Source: Octopus sinensis (Eukaryota). Taken from it: a DNA stretch of 64,000 nucleotides. The DNA is taken from assembly GCF_006345805.1 (NCBI RefSeq), contig NC_042999.1, positions 87,110,001-87,174,000 of the forward strand, in the 5' to 3' direction. Below, one piece after another: positions 37,589-49,743 of the stretch. A model generated the notes under the pieces. The model saw nothing but the letters and a program-made list of their open reading frames with translations, did not search any database and was not told where the DNA came from. The position numbers and the translations under genes were made by a program. The stretch's first letter is position 1, and each line of letters opens with the position of its first letter.

Positions 37589-39016
37589 TTGGTCTAGTAT
37601 TTAGCTGGTTCTTATTTTAATGGCCCTAGTATATTGAAAAACAAGATGATCCCAACCATTTTACATTTATAGGTGCTTATCTCTTCGCTGCAAAACAATG
37701 ACAAATATTTATAGTTACAGCATTTGTGTGTCTGTCAGAAAATAACCCTCTTTCTATCCTAAGGATAATATGCATATGATATGGCAATGAGACAGATGCT
37801 TTTGGCTGTGTGCAGAGGCATTGCCTTTGCTCATATGATCTTATCAGGATCATGAATTGGCAATACAGGATGGTATTAAAGAAATGCTAAGTGATCTACT
37901 GGTTTCAGTACTATGCTTAACTTTACCTACATGCCTAGTTTGAGGTTGAATAATCCTACCAGAATAACTTGCTCTAGATACACTACATAAAGTTTAAAAT
38001 ATTCAATGATGCTTCAATGATTTAAAGGGTTATGGGACTCAATGTGATACCTCAATGAACCTAAAAGTTCAGTCATAACTGATGACAACCTCAATTATAC
38101 TAGAATATAAAGTCAAACAAGTTAGACTAATATAATAATGTTTGCATGCTCCATGACCTCCACATTTAAGAATATAATGAAATAAAAAAAAAAGTATTAT
38201 ATACCTCTTAGTTTATAAACTCTTTGATAAACACTCACTTAAGAAATTCTAATGTTCTATTTCTTACTTTTCAGAATTTGACTGTCTGCATCAGTTTTCA
38301 CATTCACTATCCTTGTGACATTTTGTTTCTGTTATATATCATATGTTTTACTATCTTTTATCATTCAGTTTTCCTTCAGAAATACAATAATATAAAAGTT
38401 TTTCCTGCTGTAGTATATCAACTGGAATTCTAGCCATAAAGCATTTCCTTATTATTTCTCCTTATCCAGCTGTTACACAGCCTATTGAATTGACTTAATT
38501 TCCTTTCAGAAAAATGCATTTACTAAAACATAACTTTTCACTATGCACAAGTTATTTTTAGCTTCTCCTCAAAAAACAACTTTACTTTGAAGAAGGGTCT
38601 TGCTTGAAATGTTAAATATTCTTTCCCAGCACAGCAACAAACCTACTTTATGTTCTCTTATGACCCTATTCTTACATACTCACAGAATTGCAAACAGATT
38701 GTCACAACTAATATTGTAAACTAATTTTTCACACACACACACACACACTGATATTGATGTTAATAACTAATACAAGCAATATACTAATTTTGTATTGAGG
38801 CAATAGCTGAACATTAGTTTTATATTTAGGAAGAAGTTTTAATATAACTTTTAAATTTCAAAACAAGCTATTAGTTTTAAGATGACACTGACCATCTAGA
38901 AAGTGATATGTATATTCTTTCTCATAAATCTATTTCTGTTTCATGTAAGTCTTCCAGGTTTACATGGATGATAACAGGGTATCATCAGTGAAATGGAAAA
39001 AAAGCCCATATATACA

Positions 39017-39038
39017 TACACACACACACACACACACA

Positions 39039-39106
<68 letters not shown>
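39017..39106. repeat. (CA)n microsatellite, about 45 units
   Basis: Direct reading. Confidence 0.97.
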
Positions 39107-39107
<1 letters not shown>

Positions 39108-39899
39108 TGTGTTACAGTCTGGATGTCCTTCCTAGCAACCAGTTCCTTCAGGCATTATCTATAAATAAATTATGAATATGCAACATCTTTTTTCAGAAAA
39201 ATATATTTGATAAATAAATATAAGCAAGAAATGATAAGATTTTGCAGCAATTGAAGTAGAAACCAGTGAATATGGCTTGATATGTAACACAGGGAAAAGA
39301 TGACAAATATTGAATTAAAAAATGCAGTGAATTCTGGTGGAAGATATCTAAAGTAAAAGCTGATTAAAGATGACATGAAGGAACTAGGTAAGAGAAAATC
39401 TGAGGATGTTGGACCACAACAAATGAGTTGATGTAATATTAAAATATCTGAAGATATATTATCCTGTAAATTTTTCCAGCAGAGAAATGATGATGATGAC
39501 ACAGCTGCCAACACTGCCAATGACAATGATACAATTTTATTTATCAATTCTGATGTAAATATTTACTGCAAAATAATATTGATAATTATATTTTCATCAT
39601 CAACATCAAAGTTTTATGACAGACGTCATGTCACCTACTTTAACATCATTACTACTTGACTTTTGGATTACTTTAGTAGAGTCCATTCTATATAAACACC
39701 CAGTCTCAGTCTCTGTTTTGAGGAAAACTTCTCCCCTTCCTCCCTAAAGATGTTATGGGTAATACTTTGTTGACTTGGGTAAGCTGGGTTCATGTTGCCT
39801 CTGTGCTTGCAAAAATTTATCTGTAGTATGGTGTTGCAATTTTTCTTGACTATGCTGGATCTATGAACTGTACTCATGTTGAAAAAGTCTCCTCATTTG

Positions 39900-41130
39900 C
39901 TGCCCACTTTGCAGTCAGCAACATACAGCACACATTCAGTCAATCATCTCAAAACTATCCCTATGCTCTCCAACAGGTTCACCACCTTCTACACATACAC
40001 GCCAAGTATGAAGACACCACTGGTTGCTTCAGACTAATGTGGCTACTGCCTTTGATATTGTTATTTCCATTACTCTCAAAGAATGTAACCCAGACTTAGC
40101 CCCTGTCCTTCCCAAAGAATTCTACTCTTTCTACAATGATATATCCAAATTCAGGGAAACATATGAGATTATGTCTCATTCTTAACAAGAGCAACTTCTC
40201 TGACTTCACCATTGTTCCATTGCATTCCTTTCCAATATCCCAAAGATGATGGTGATAGCCTTTAACAACAATCCTCTTCCATACCTTGGGTTCCTCTCCC
40301 ATCTTAACATCTACCAGTGCAACTTTCATAAAGCATCTATTTGGAAACCTCCAATTCTTTACCACTCACAGAGAGCCTTTACCCTGAAAAAAATTTGGTG
40401 GAAATAATTTTGTTATACCTAATGTATTCAATATCGAATAGTCATAAGTCCACCTATGGACACCATTCATCTCCCATCTCTTGGATTGATGATCTATTAT
40501 GGTATGTGCTGATACAGATCTCTGGGCCTACATCAAATCTGATGTGCACCAAGGTTCAATTTTGTCCTCCATGTTCTTTCAATACACCAAAAAGTTTTTT
40601 GTATTCACCTTCAGCAAAGCCTCCACCTATGTAGATGATGCCATTCTGCATTTCATTCTAAACTTTCACATAAAAGCATTGTCTGCATACAACCAATATA
40701 CCTTAAGTCACCTACACTGACTCCACAAACAGATACTTCTAAAACCTTTTTTTAGTGGGTTGTGCTAATCTTGTTTCTGTCAACTACACAGAGACACAAT
40801 CACTAATTATATCATGACCACAATTTTGCACACTGCTCTCACATTTAGCATGGTGCTACAGCTATACATACAAAAATCCTTCACCACATCTAGAAAAAAG
40901 GTTACTCGGTTGATTGATATGAAGGCATACTCTTATTTCTAGCTTTTCTATCAATATAAAAGTGAACTCTGATGTTTGACAATGGCTGGCCTCATGGCAT
41001 TTCTCAAACATTCTTGATTTACATGTATCTTCATCTCTCATTACCCATGTTGTGTTCACCATCCCATTAGCACCACCAAACTAACTTCTTCCTCAGAACA
41101 TTGGCCAGCTAAAATCCCTTCCTATGTTGT
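39900..41130 (+). mobile_element. CR1/L2-group LINE RT remnant
   Basis: LKECNPDLAPVL (about 40075), ISWIDD, SDVHQGSILSSMFF and TYVDD (about 40627), and a terminal FFLRT.ASxNPLP-like end. Confidence 0.75.
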
Positions 41131-41417
41131 TATCTTTGTTGTTGTTGTTGTCATTTAACATCCACTTTTCTTTACTTGCATAGGTAAAATGGAATTCGTT
41201 AAAGTAGCTTTTGTATACCCAAATGTCCTTCTTCTCACCTACCTTCATCTGTTTCCATGCAAGGTAATATTTCCCATAGCCAGAAACATTTTCCATAGAA
41301 AACTGGAAAGATACAAAATTGCTTGTATGATCACAGTGACATTCCGTTACAGCTATAACATGTTATCAAGACAAGGTATACCCAAACACACACAAACATA
41401 CACATATACATTTATAT

Positions 41418-41581
41418 TATGGGCTTCTATCAGTTTCCATCCATCAAATCTACTCACAAGGATTTGGTCAGCCTGAGACCATACCAGAAGACATATGCCT
41501 AATGTGTCCCACAGTGGGACTGAACTTGAAACCACGTGGTTAGGAAGCAATCTTTTGAACCACACAGCTACACCTATGCCT
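41418..41581 (-). mobile_element. SINE family A head, decayed
   Basis: Reverse complement of the family A head. Confidence 0.75.
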
Positions 41582-42355
41582 ATGTTTTATTTATTTCTTT
41601 ATATCACAGCTGTCAACTTGTGTTATTCAATGAGAACATTAATGTTGTCAGTCTCACCAATGTCAGAGAAGCTGAAAACATCATGAGCAGACTGCCTTTC
41701 TCCAGACGAAACCAAACAGTATCAAAGGCTCTTTGTAAATTTAAAGAAATTCTTTCAAGTAAGTTCTAAAGCTTGTGTAGTTCAGTTACTCGTTACTTAA
41801 TTTACTGAAAATATTTCAGGTTTTATCTCTAGCATTGCTTACGATTCTACATCAAGTATAAATACTAAATTACCCAGCATACAAAATGACAGAGTATATA
41901 TAGTGTAAATAGGTAGAGTAAACATTCAAACATTGTCACTATCTTTGCTAATCCTGCTGCATTTTACCTGGAATTTTTGGTCCTCCAAAATCATCTTGGT
42001 GAATGAATCAAACTACCTTTTTTTGGGTTGTTAATTTTGGTCTGAAAAATTTGACTTGCATGCTGGAAAATATAGTATGTTTTAAGTTTATAAATATGTT
42101 GTAGCTACATGCAATGCTTCTACATGCTGCGTTGTTTAGTAATCAAGCGTTATAGGATTATAACTATGTCAATATGTTACTTTTGGTATTTTGGTTTTGA
42201 CCAAGCTGACTTTTTATACCTTTTGGAATGGAGATAATTTTTCCAGGGTTGAAAGGGTCTTAAAAAAATATGTAATAAAGTAATATGAGTATGTGAGTGT
42301 ATTTGTATGTGTGCGTGTGTATATGTATGTGTGGAGGGGGTGCATGCATGTATGC

Positions 42356-42386
<31 letters not shown>

Positions 42387-42406
42387 TATATGTGCATATA
42401 GTTTAG

Positions 42407-42552
42407 GGCAGCAAGCTAGCAGAATTGTTAGCATGCCAAACAAAATGCTTAGCGGCATTTCATCTATCTTTACATTTTGAGTTCAAAATCCATTGAGGTT
42501 GGCTTTACCTTTCATCCTTTTGGGGGTTGATAAAAATAAGTATCAGTTGAGC
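42407..42552 (+). mobile_element. SINE family B fragment
   Basis: ggcagcaagctagcagaattgttagcatgcc...gagttcaaaatcc. Confidence 0.75.
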
Positions 42553-44131
42553 GATACTTCCAATTATTTTAAATATAACAAAGAATTTAGTAAAATAACT
42601 TAGTTATCATTAAGCTAGTGTTTGGAACATAAATTATGACTAAGGCTTGGTGGAATATTTTAATTCAAAACCTATGAAAACAAGACATTTTACCACAGAG
42701 CCAGAGCCGGTTTTGGCCGTGTTAGTAACAAAAGGGTTTAACTGCAGCCATTTTGGGGCACTCACTGCCTTGAAGAGTTTTACTTGAACAAATCGACCCC
42801 AGCACTTATTTTTTTAAAGCCAAATGCTTATTCTCTCAGTCTCTTTTGCTGAACCCAGAACCATGTGGTCGAGAAGCAAGCTTCTTACCACACAGCTGTG
42901 TCCACACCTATGTGTGATTATGGAGATAACTTTCTCTTTTTACTCCAAATTTGCATCTGATTTTTTAGATACATTACTAGCATTAACCCAGATAATGATA
43001 AAAAAATATGCGAGACATCAAATTCCGCTAGTCTCCATTATTTCCCAAAAAAAAAAAAGAAAAAAAAACCCCAAAAAATAATAAATAAAACAGAAAAAGA
43101 AGTAGTTGATTCTATTTCATAAACTTTACAAATCACTGATCAAATTAATGATTAATTAAGTTGTAGCTCAATGATGGTGGAGGGGGAAACTCAACAATAT
43201 ATTCCATTCCAATATTTTTTTATTTTAAAGGTTAAACAAGAGAAGAAAAAACACAATAATTTTAGATATAGTCCAACCTAATCCTGTCCTTAAAAACATC
43301 TGCTTCACATATGTCCTAATAGATATAATTCTACTCTTTGTGGTTGAGATCACTTTAGCAGGTAGGCCCTATTAACATTCTTTTATAACTTGCTAAGTTG
43401 CCTAGAAACAACTTCCTGTTTTCTCCTTGCCTCTCTCACTACTGCTATTGAATATGTTTAATCAGTCACACAGCATATTGGTCTTAGCCTTTCATTATCT
43501 TTATAATCAGTGCTCACTGTACTTATGGAATGTTGATGGTTATTCCATTTTCCCCAAATAGATTTGATTAATGAAAAATTAACATTTCCTTTTTATTTAA
43601 ATGAACTTGAAATCACTTTTATTTATAGTGTTTATACAACTGTCGTTCTTGTTTTATTCATATTTTTTTTCGTTGTTGTTGTTCTTTTAATAGGAATGGT
43701 CATACATTAGAGTTGTATATTATGAATAAATATATGCCTTGCTATTCCTGTTGCTGCTGGAGAAGAGTTAATCATGCTGGTGGCAGAGCTGTTGCTGTTG
43801 CTGCTGATAAAGATGACAACTACAGCTATATGCAGACCTATATATCATACATACATACATACATACATGCATGCATGCATGCATTTATCATACATATATA
43901 CATACATACATGCATGCATACATATAATGTGCATGTATGTGTGTAGGTATGTCTACACACACATACACATCTATAATAATCAAATGGCTGCGACTTGATT
44001 CTGTGCAATGCTATCACTTCATTTTTCTCTTAAACATGAACAGCACAGATGTGGCAACAATGGGCACATCTTGTGACAGGTGTTCAGAGACACACATACC
44101 TTCATTCCATCCTGGACATTTTCATCCAGTA

Positions 44132-44523
44132 CTAGTAGTATCGCCCAGCATTGCTCGGGTTTTTTTTTCGACCCTTTAGAATTAAAATTTTTGAAAAGTA
44201 AAAATTTTGCATTATGTAGCTTGTTATTCTCATTAAGTGAACATTTTTCTGGTTGAAATACACCAAAAAATGGCGACACAGCAGTAAAAAAATCGTAAAA
44301 AATAGGGGTTTTCATAGACAAAATGCACCTTTTTGATGTAAATAATTTTTGGTGGTAACATGGTCTGCATTTGAATTTTTTCTTCTATGGAAGGAAGAGC
44401 AAGCCTTCTATCATACTCTCAACTTTGGTCAACTTGTGCCGCAGGGTCTCGGAGGAGATAGTGTTAGTTGAAGGCTACCAAAACTACCATACACAGACAA
44501 CTTCAGCTTTATATATATAGAGA
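44132..44523 (-). mobile_element. Non-autonomous Helitron (about 390 bp)
   Basis: On the minus strand: 5' TC at 44523, 3' hairpin CCCGAGCAATGCTGGG then CTAG at 44135-44132, inserted between A and T. Confidence 0.85.
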
Positions 44524-44689
44524 TTTACCTTTTTTACTGTTATGGCTAGCCATAGCATGCAGCATTTAATAGATATGTCAGAAATCAAGCAATGTCAGTA
44601 CGTAAAGCCTTTTAAAATGAGGAAAGGCCTTGCACAAATTCCACTTTCTAAACAATGTATGCATTTGTCCAAAAAGAACTAATCTACAT

Positions 44690-44868
44690 CAGTGCTCCAC
44701 AACTGTATTCTGCGGCACACTGGTGTACCACAAAATGATGCTAGGTGTGATGCAGTGTAACCTGAATATAATTTTTTTCCCTATAGTTACATTTTTAGTT
44801 CAGGTGTACCACCAAATTTTGAAAAGTATATAAGTGTACCGCAAGTGAAAAAAGGTTGTGGAACACTG
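44690..44868. mobile_element. hAT/Charlie-type MITE (179 bp)
   Basis: TIRs CAGTGCTCCACAAC / GTTGTGGAACACTG; TSD atctacat / gtctacat (7 of 8). Confidence 0.85.
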
Positions 44869-44942
44869 GTCTACATCAATGGATTCAACTGAATCACAGG
44901 TGTTATATCAGAATTTTCCTTTTCTTGGAGAGATGTCTAGAT

Positions 44943-45478
44943 CAGTGGTTCTCAACTAGGGTCCATATAAGAATTTATTGTTAAGAATTATGCACAATAA
45001 ATTGGTTATGCTTCTAAAATACACAAGATTTTATAGGCGCAGGAGTGGCTGTGTGGTAAGTAGCTTGCTCACCAACCACATGGTTCCAGGTTCAGTCCCA
45101 CTGCTAGGCACCTTGGGCAAGTGTCTTCTACTATAGCCTCAGGCCGACCAAAGCCTTATGAGTGAATTTGGTAGACAGAAACTGAAAAAGTCTGTTGCAT
45201 ATATGTATATATGTGTGTATGTGTGTGTATATGGTTGTGTGTCTGTGTTTGTCGTCCCAACATCGCTTGACAACCGATGCTGGTGTGTTTACGTCCCCGT
45301 AACTTAGTGGTTCAGCAAAAGAGACCGATAGAATAAGTACTAGGCTTACAAAGAATAAGTCCTGGGGTCCATTTGCTCGACTAAAGGTGGTGCTCCAGCA
45401 TGGCCACAGTCAAATGACTGAAACAAGTAAAAGAGAGTAAAAGAGTAAGGTATTTTAACAACCTTTTTATACAGTTCT
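44943..45478. mobile_element. hAT MITE end (same family as 23785), interrupted by a SINE
   Basis: gtctagat|CAGTGGTTCTCAACTAGGGTCCATAT is the reverse complement of the 24040-24063 end; homology resumes after the SINE at 45448. Confidence 0.7.
45036..45447 (+). mobile_element. SINE family A, full length
   Basis: Collinear with 32872-33329. Confidence 0.92.
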
Positions 45479-45800
45479 TTTATTCTTTTACTTGCTTCAG
45501 TCATTTGACTGTGGCCATGCTGGAGTACTGCCTTGAAGGATTTTTAGTTGAACAAATGAACCCTAAGACTTATTTTCAGTTGTCAACTGCTTGTAATATT
45601 TATTCTTTTATTCTCTTACTTGTTTCAACCATTTGACTGTAGCCATGCTGGAGCACTACCTTGAAAAACTTGAAAAACTTTTAGTTGAATCCTAGTACTT
45701 ATTTTCTTTTTAAGCCTGGTACTAATTTTATTGGTCTCTTATGCTGAGCCGCTAAGTTATGGGGATGTAAACAAATCAACACTGACACAAAGACACATGA
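45479..45800 (-). mobile_element. Two stacked SINE family A 3' fragments
   Basis: Tail text tattcttttacttg..cagtcatttgactgtggccatgctggag occurs at 45479 and about 45600. Confidence 0.8.
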
Positions 45801-45820
45801 ACATAGATATAAATAAATAA

Positions 45821-45893
<73 letters not shown>

Positions 45894-45897
45894 TATA

Positions 45898-46992
45898 CTA
45901 GCTGGTGTACCCGGTAATTTCCGGGGGTAAAGATGTTCTATTGAAGCACCTTTTATTACTCTGATATCAGAAAGCAATTTTGTTATAACTGCCACAAAAG
46001 GTGTATTTTCCATCACAAAAAAGTGCAAAAAACTGTCAGCTGGAGGAAGGAGAGATTGTTGGAGGTTGGCGAGAAAGATTGTTGGAGGTTTGTGAGAGAG
46101 GTTATATAAATATATGAATGAAGTATTTGAAGAAAGTGCAATAATAATGTTCACACTCACTAATAGCCGCTCTCAGTAACTGCCTTTAGCTTATGGAGTT
46201 CTTGTTTTTATAACTATTGAAAAGCAGCCAGAAAGATAGACATATTGTTGAGAACAAATGATTTCGTTGTCGCTCTGTTATCTCCATTCCAGCCAGTGGT
46301 GGCCTAGAAGAGGTTGGAAGGGTCAAGTGGCAAAGACATTATTCTGCTTAGTGGAGGCATCTGGGAAATGTATAACTGCTGTCATTCACAGAAAAACTAT
46401 TGTTTCACTGTAAGAAAAGTGCTGTTGAAGTGTTAAGTGATATTTGGCAATTGAGGATCGAATCCACACTATGCCTGCATGAAGCCACTACAAATACGTT
46501 GTGGAATAAAGAATTTATCTACTGTCATGGAAAAAGTGTAACTGTAAAAATGGAGAATTATCGGAGTAATGGGCATTCAAAAAAAGTATGTATGTATAGA
46601 AATGTATGAATGAAGTCTTTAAGGATTAATATTCAAATTAAGGAAGTGCAATAACAATGTTTAGCAGTGCAAAACTGTGAGTAGTGAAATGCAGAATTAG
46701 GTCAGCTGGTGGTGAGAATCAAATATTGATCGCTTTGCTAAAAACTGCAGGTGGTATGGGTTATTTCCATTGAGTTGTTTAAATTAAATATTACTAATGT
46801 GTAGTAGATAGAAGGATCCATTGGAGGAGCCCTATTGTCAATTTTTTTCAATAATCTAAGTATGTCACGAGGTTTTCAGACATGAGTTCTACTCATGTGT
46901 CAAGTTTAATCAAAATCAATAAAATGATGCAGGAGGAGTTAGCTAACAATGCCACAAACAAACAAACACTAATTTTCCACATATGTAGTAGA
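45898..46992 (-). mobile_element. Non-autonomous Helitron (about 1.1 kb)
   Basis: On the minus strand: 5' TC at 46992, 3' hairpin CCCGGAAATTACCGGG then CTAG at 45901-45898, A/T insertion site, next to (TA)n. Confidence 0.8.
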
Positions 46993-47184
46993 TAAAGATC
47001 AAAACAGCTTGATTGAAATTCATTGAAATTCTGAGTTTCAAGCGTGATGCTAATCTTCAGCCATTCTGAATTTGAAACTCAGAGTACCAAGAAATTTGAA
47101 TCAAACTGCTTTGATCCATACATCTAACTCCCAATAAATTTGTGGAGTGCCCTTATTTTGCTTGTCTACTCACTGATATATATA

Positions 47185-47225
<41 letters not shown>

Positions 47226-47439
47226 AGTAGACAAACGAAAGAAGGGCACTCCACAAATTTATTGGATCTATATCTATATCTATATCTATATCTATCTATC
47301 TATATATTTATTTATTTATTTATTCATGTATATATCTATGTGTGTGTGTCTTTATGTCTGTGTTTGTCTCTCTCCGGTATATATACTTATATATATATAT
47401 GTTGATTTATATACTTGTATGTATGTATGTATGTATGTA

Positions 47440-48490
47440 TGGATCAGTTTGTCTACCTGGGAAGCACTATTAATAGATATGGCAATGTGGATGATGAAAT
47501 TCCATATAGAATTAGGAAAGCAAGTGTTGCTTTCGGAAGGCTAGAAAAGCGCCTCTGGAGTCGGCGAGACATATGCAGAAAGACAAAGATAAAGGTGTAC
47601 AAGGCATGTGTGCTCCCTTCTCTTCTCTATGCCTGCAAGACGTGGGTCACATATCGATACCACCTTAAACAACTGGAACGTTTCCATCAGATGTGCCTCA
47701 GATGGATCTATGGCATTAAGTGGAAGGACCGCATCAGTGATCTTGAAATATTGGAAGGCTCTCGGTGTGAAAGTATAGAAGCTCTTGTGTTAAAGCAAAG
47801 GCTCAGATGGAGTGGTCATCTGGTCAGAATGAAGGATTCAAGGATGCCAAAACAACTCTTTTATGGAGAGTTAGCTAAAGGAGAATGACCTCCACATAAA
47901 CCAAAAAAGAGGTATAAGAACTTGCTGAAGGATTCGTTAAGAGATGCTTGCATCTCTCCTGACACATGGGAAGGCATAGCTATTTATCGTAGCAGGTGGA
48001 GAAGGATTGTGCATGAGGGGACAGCCACATTTGAGAAATCTCGAGTTGCACATGAGAAAGTAAGGAGGGATGTCAGGAAGGGCATCGCTGTTACACTTCC
48101 AGAAGGGAAGGGTCTTCCTTTGATTCTGACATGCAATGTCTGTGCAAGACCCTGCCTCAGTAAAGCTGGACTCATCAGTCATCTTCGTAGTCATAAAATG
48201 AGACAGATGAGTGACAACCTGGCCACTGGTGGTGGTGTAACACACCATACTAATCATATCTGTCGGGCATGTGGAAGAGAGTGTAATTCGGCAGGAGGAC
48301 TTAAACGACATGCAAAGGTACATGAAGCCCAGTTACAACTACAGCCGGCTATTACCAGTAAAGGTTTTAGTTGCCAATTTTGTACAAGACATTATAGATA
48401 TTTAGCTGGGCTAAAAAGTCACATTTGATCACAGCACCAGTAACAGTTAAGCTTCATGCAATGGCCATACTCGATAACGAGGGGGCAGCC
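47440..48490 (+). mobile_element. BovB-like RTE LINE 3' end with three C2H2 zinc fingers
   Basis: FVYLGSTI...RI.KASVAFGRL...KVYKACVLPSLLYAC.TW...LRWSGHLVRM..SRMPKQLFYGEL, then three CxxC-x12-H fingers; ends ATGGCCATACTCGATAACGAGGGGGCAGCC(ATA)n. One stop near 47887. Confidence 0.92.
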
Positions 48491-48513
48491 ATAATAATAA
48501 TGTATGTATGTAT

Positions 48514-48661
48514 GTGTGATGGGCTTCTTCCAGTTTCTGTCTACCAAATTCACTCACAAGGCTTTAGTCAGCCTGAGGCTATTATAGAAGACACTTTCCC
48601 AAGGTGCCATGCAGTGGGATGAACAAGGAATCATGTAGTTGGGAAGCATTCTTCTTACCAC
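48514..48661 (-). mobile_element. SINE family A head
   Basis: Reverse complement of the family A head. Confidence 0.8.
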
Positions 48662-48716
48662 AATTTTTAAAACAATTCCTAATAATATTTAATTTTAAAA
48701 ATATAATGTGATTTTT

Positions 48717-49735
48717 GGATTTAGTTGGTTTGACTGCCAGCACTTCAAAAATTAAAGTTTACCGAAAATTTTAAAATTTGGCACAATAGAAAAATGCTTT
48801 TAAAAAGTTATAGAGGTTTAAATTTTGATCATTTTCACCCAGTCAGGAAACAGGATTTGGAAGCTGTCATTTTGTGTGTGACTGCGCATTTTGTTGTCAA
48901 CATCCTGAAAATAGCACATATTGTCAAGAAAGAGTAAACAACACATCTTTTGTAGTTTTAAGCATTGTGATAGCACAAACTTAAAAGATTTATCCAAAAA
49001 CGTTATTTAGCTTTTATTTTTAGCATGACAAAAAGAAATGAGTAAACAACACATATTTTGTAGTTTTAAGCATTCAACATACATTTAATGAGATAGCATG
49101 AACTTAAAAGATTTATCCTAAAACATTATTTAGCTGTTACTACAATCCTAAGAGGAAGGGTACCACCTTCAAACCATGTGTCTTTCCTCACCGACACAGA
49201 CTCTACGCATTCTCAGCGTGAGCATCACCAGTACATGTACCCACTACGTCTTTTTGTACATATAACATGCCTCTTTCTTTTACCTAGTTTTCTTTTGAGT
49301 ATAACACCCTGTTCTTGAAGGTATGACACAGTATCCTCTTCTGTTTTCTGTGTCTCCATCACAGAAGCAAAGTCAGAGGAGCTTATTGCCATAATCAAAC
49401 AGTAAAATTTCCAGCAGAACACAGCATCAAATTCGTCAACAAGTGCTTCCTCACAGATAAAAGAGTTCTCAGTTCCACTTATTACTATGGAAACAGGCAT
49501 GTACTTTCACACAGACAAAAGAGTTCTCATGTTCCGCTTTTTACTAAGGAAACAGGCATGAATGAGTCTGTAGCTTACAATTGGCTAAAATTACCAAAAT
49601 TTTCAAACTTTAATTTATTGATTTATAGCAAAAATGACTTCCACATCATTCATTAGCCAATAAAAGTGTATCATTATCCTGAATATGAAATCAATTTGAA
49701 CAGAATGGATGCTGGCAGCCAAATCGACTAGATCC
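48717..49735 (-). mobile_element. Merlin (IS1595/ISXO2-like) DNA transposon, deletion derivative
   Basis: 25-bp TIRs starting GG (21 of 25 identical), perfect 8-bp TSD TGATTTTT (48709-48716 / 49736-49743), and N-terminal transposase TEEDTVSYLQEQG...YW*CSR*ECVESVSVRKDTWFEGGTLPL. Confidence 0.88.
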
Positions 49736-49743
49736 TGATTTTT

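Noticed and set aside
47922-48428. Host C2H2 zinc-finger gene
   Set aside because: The fingers are in frame with an RTE C-terminus and are followed by a LINE 3' UTR and tail.
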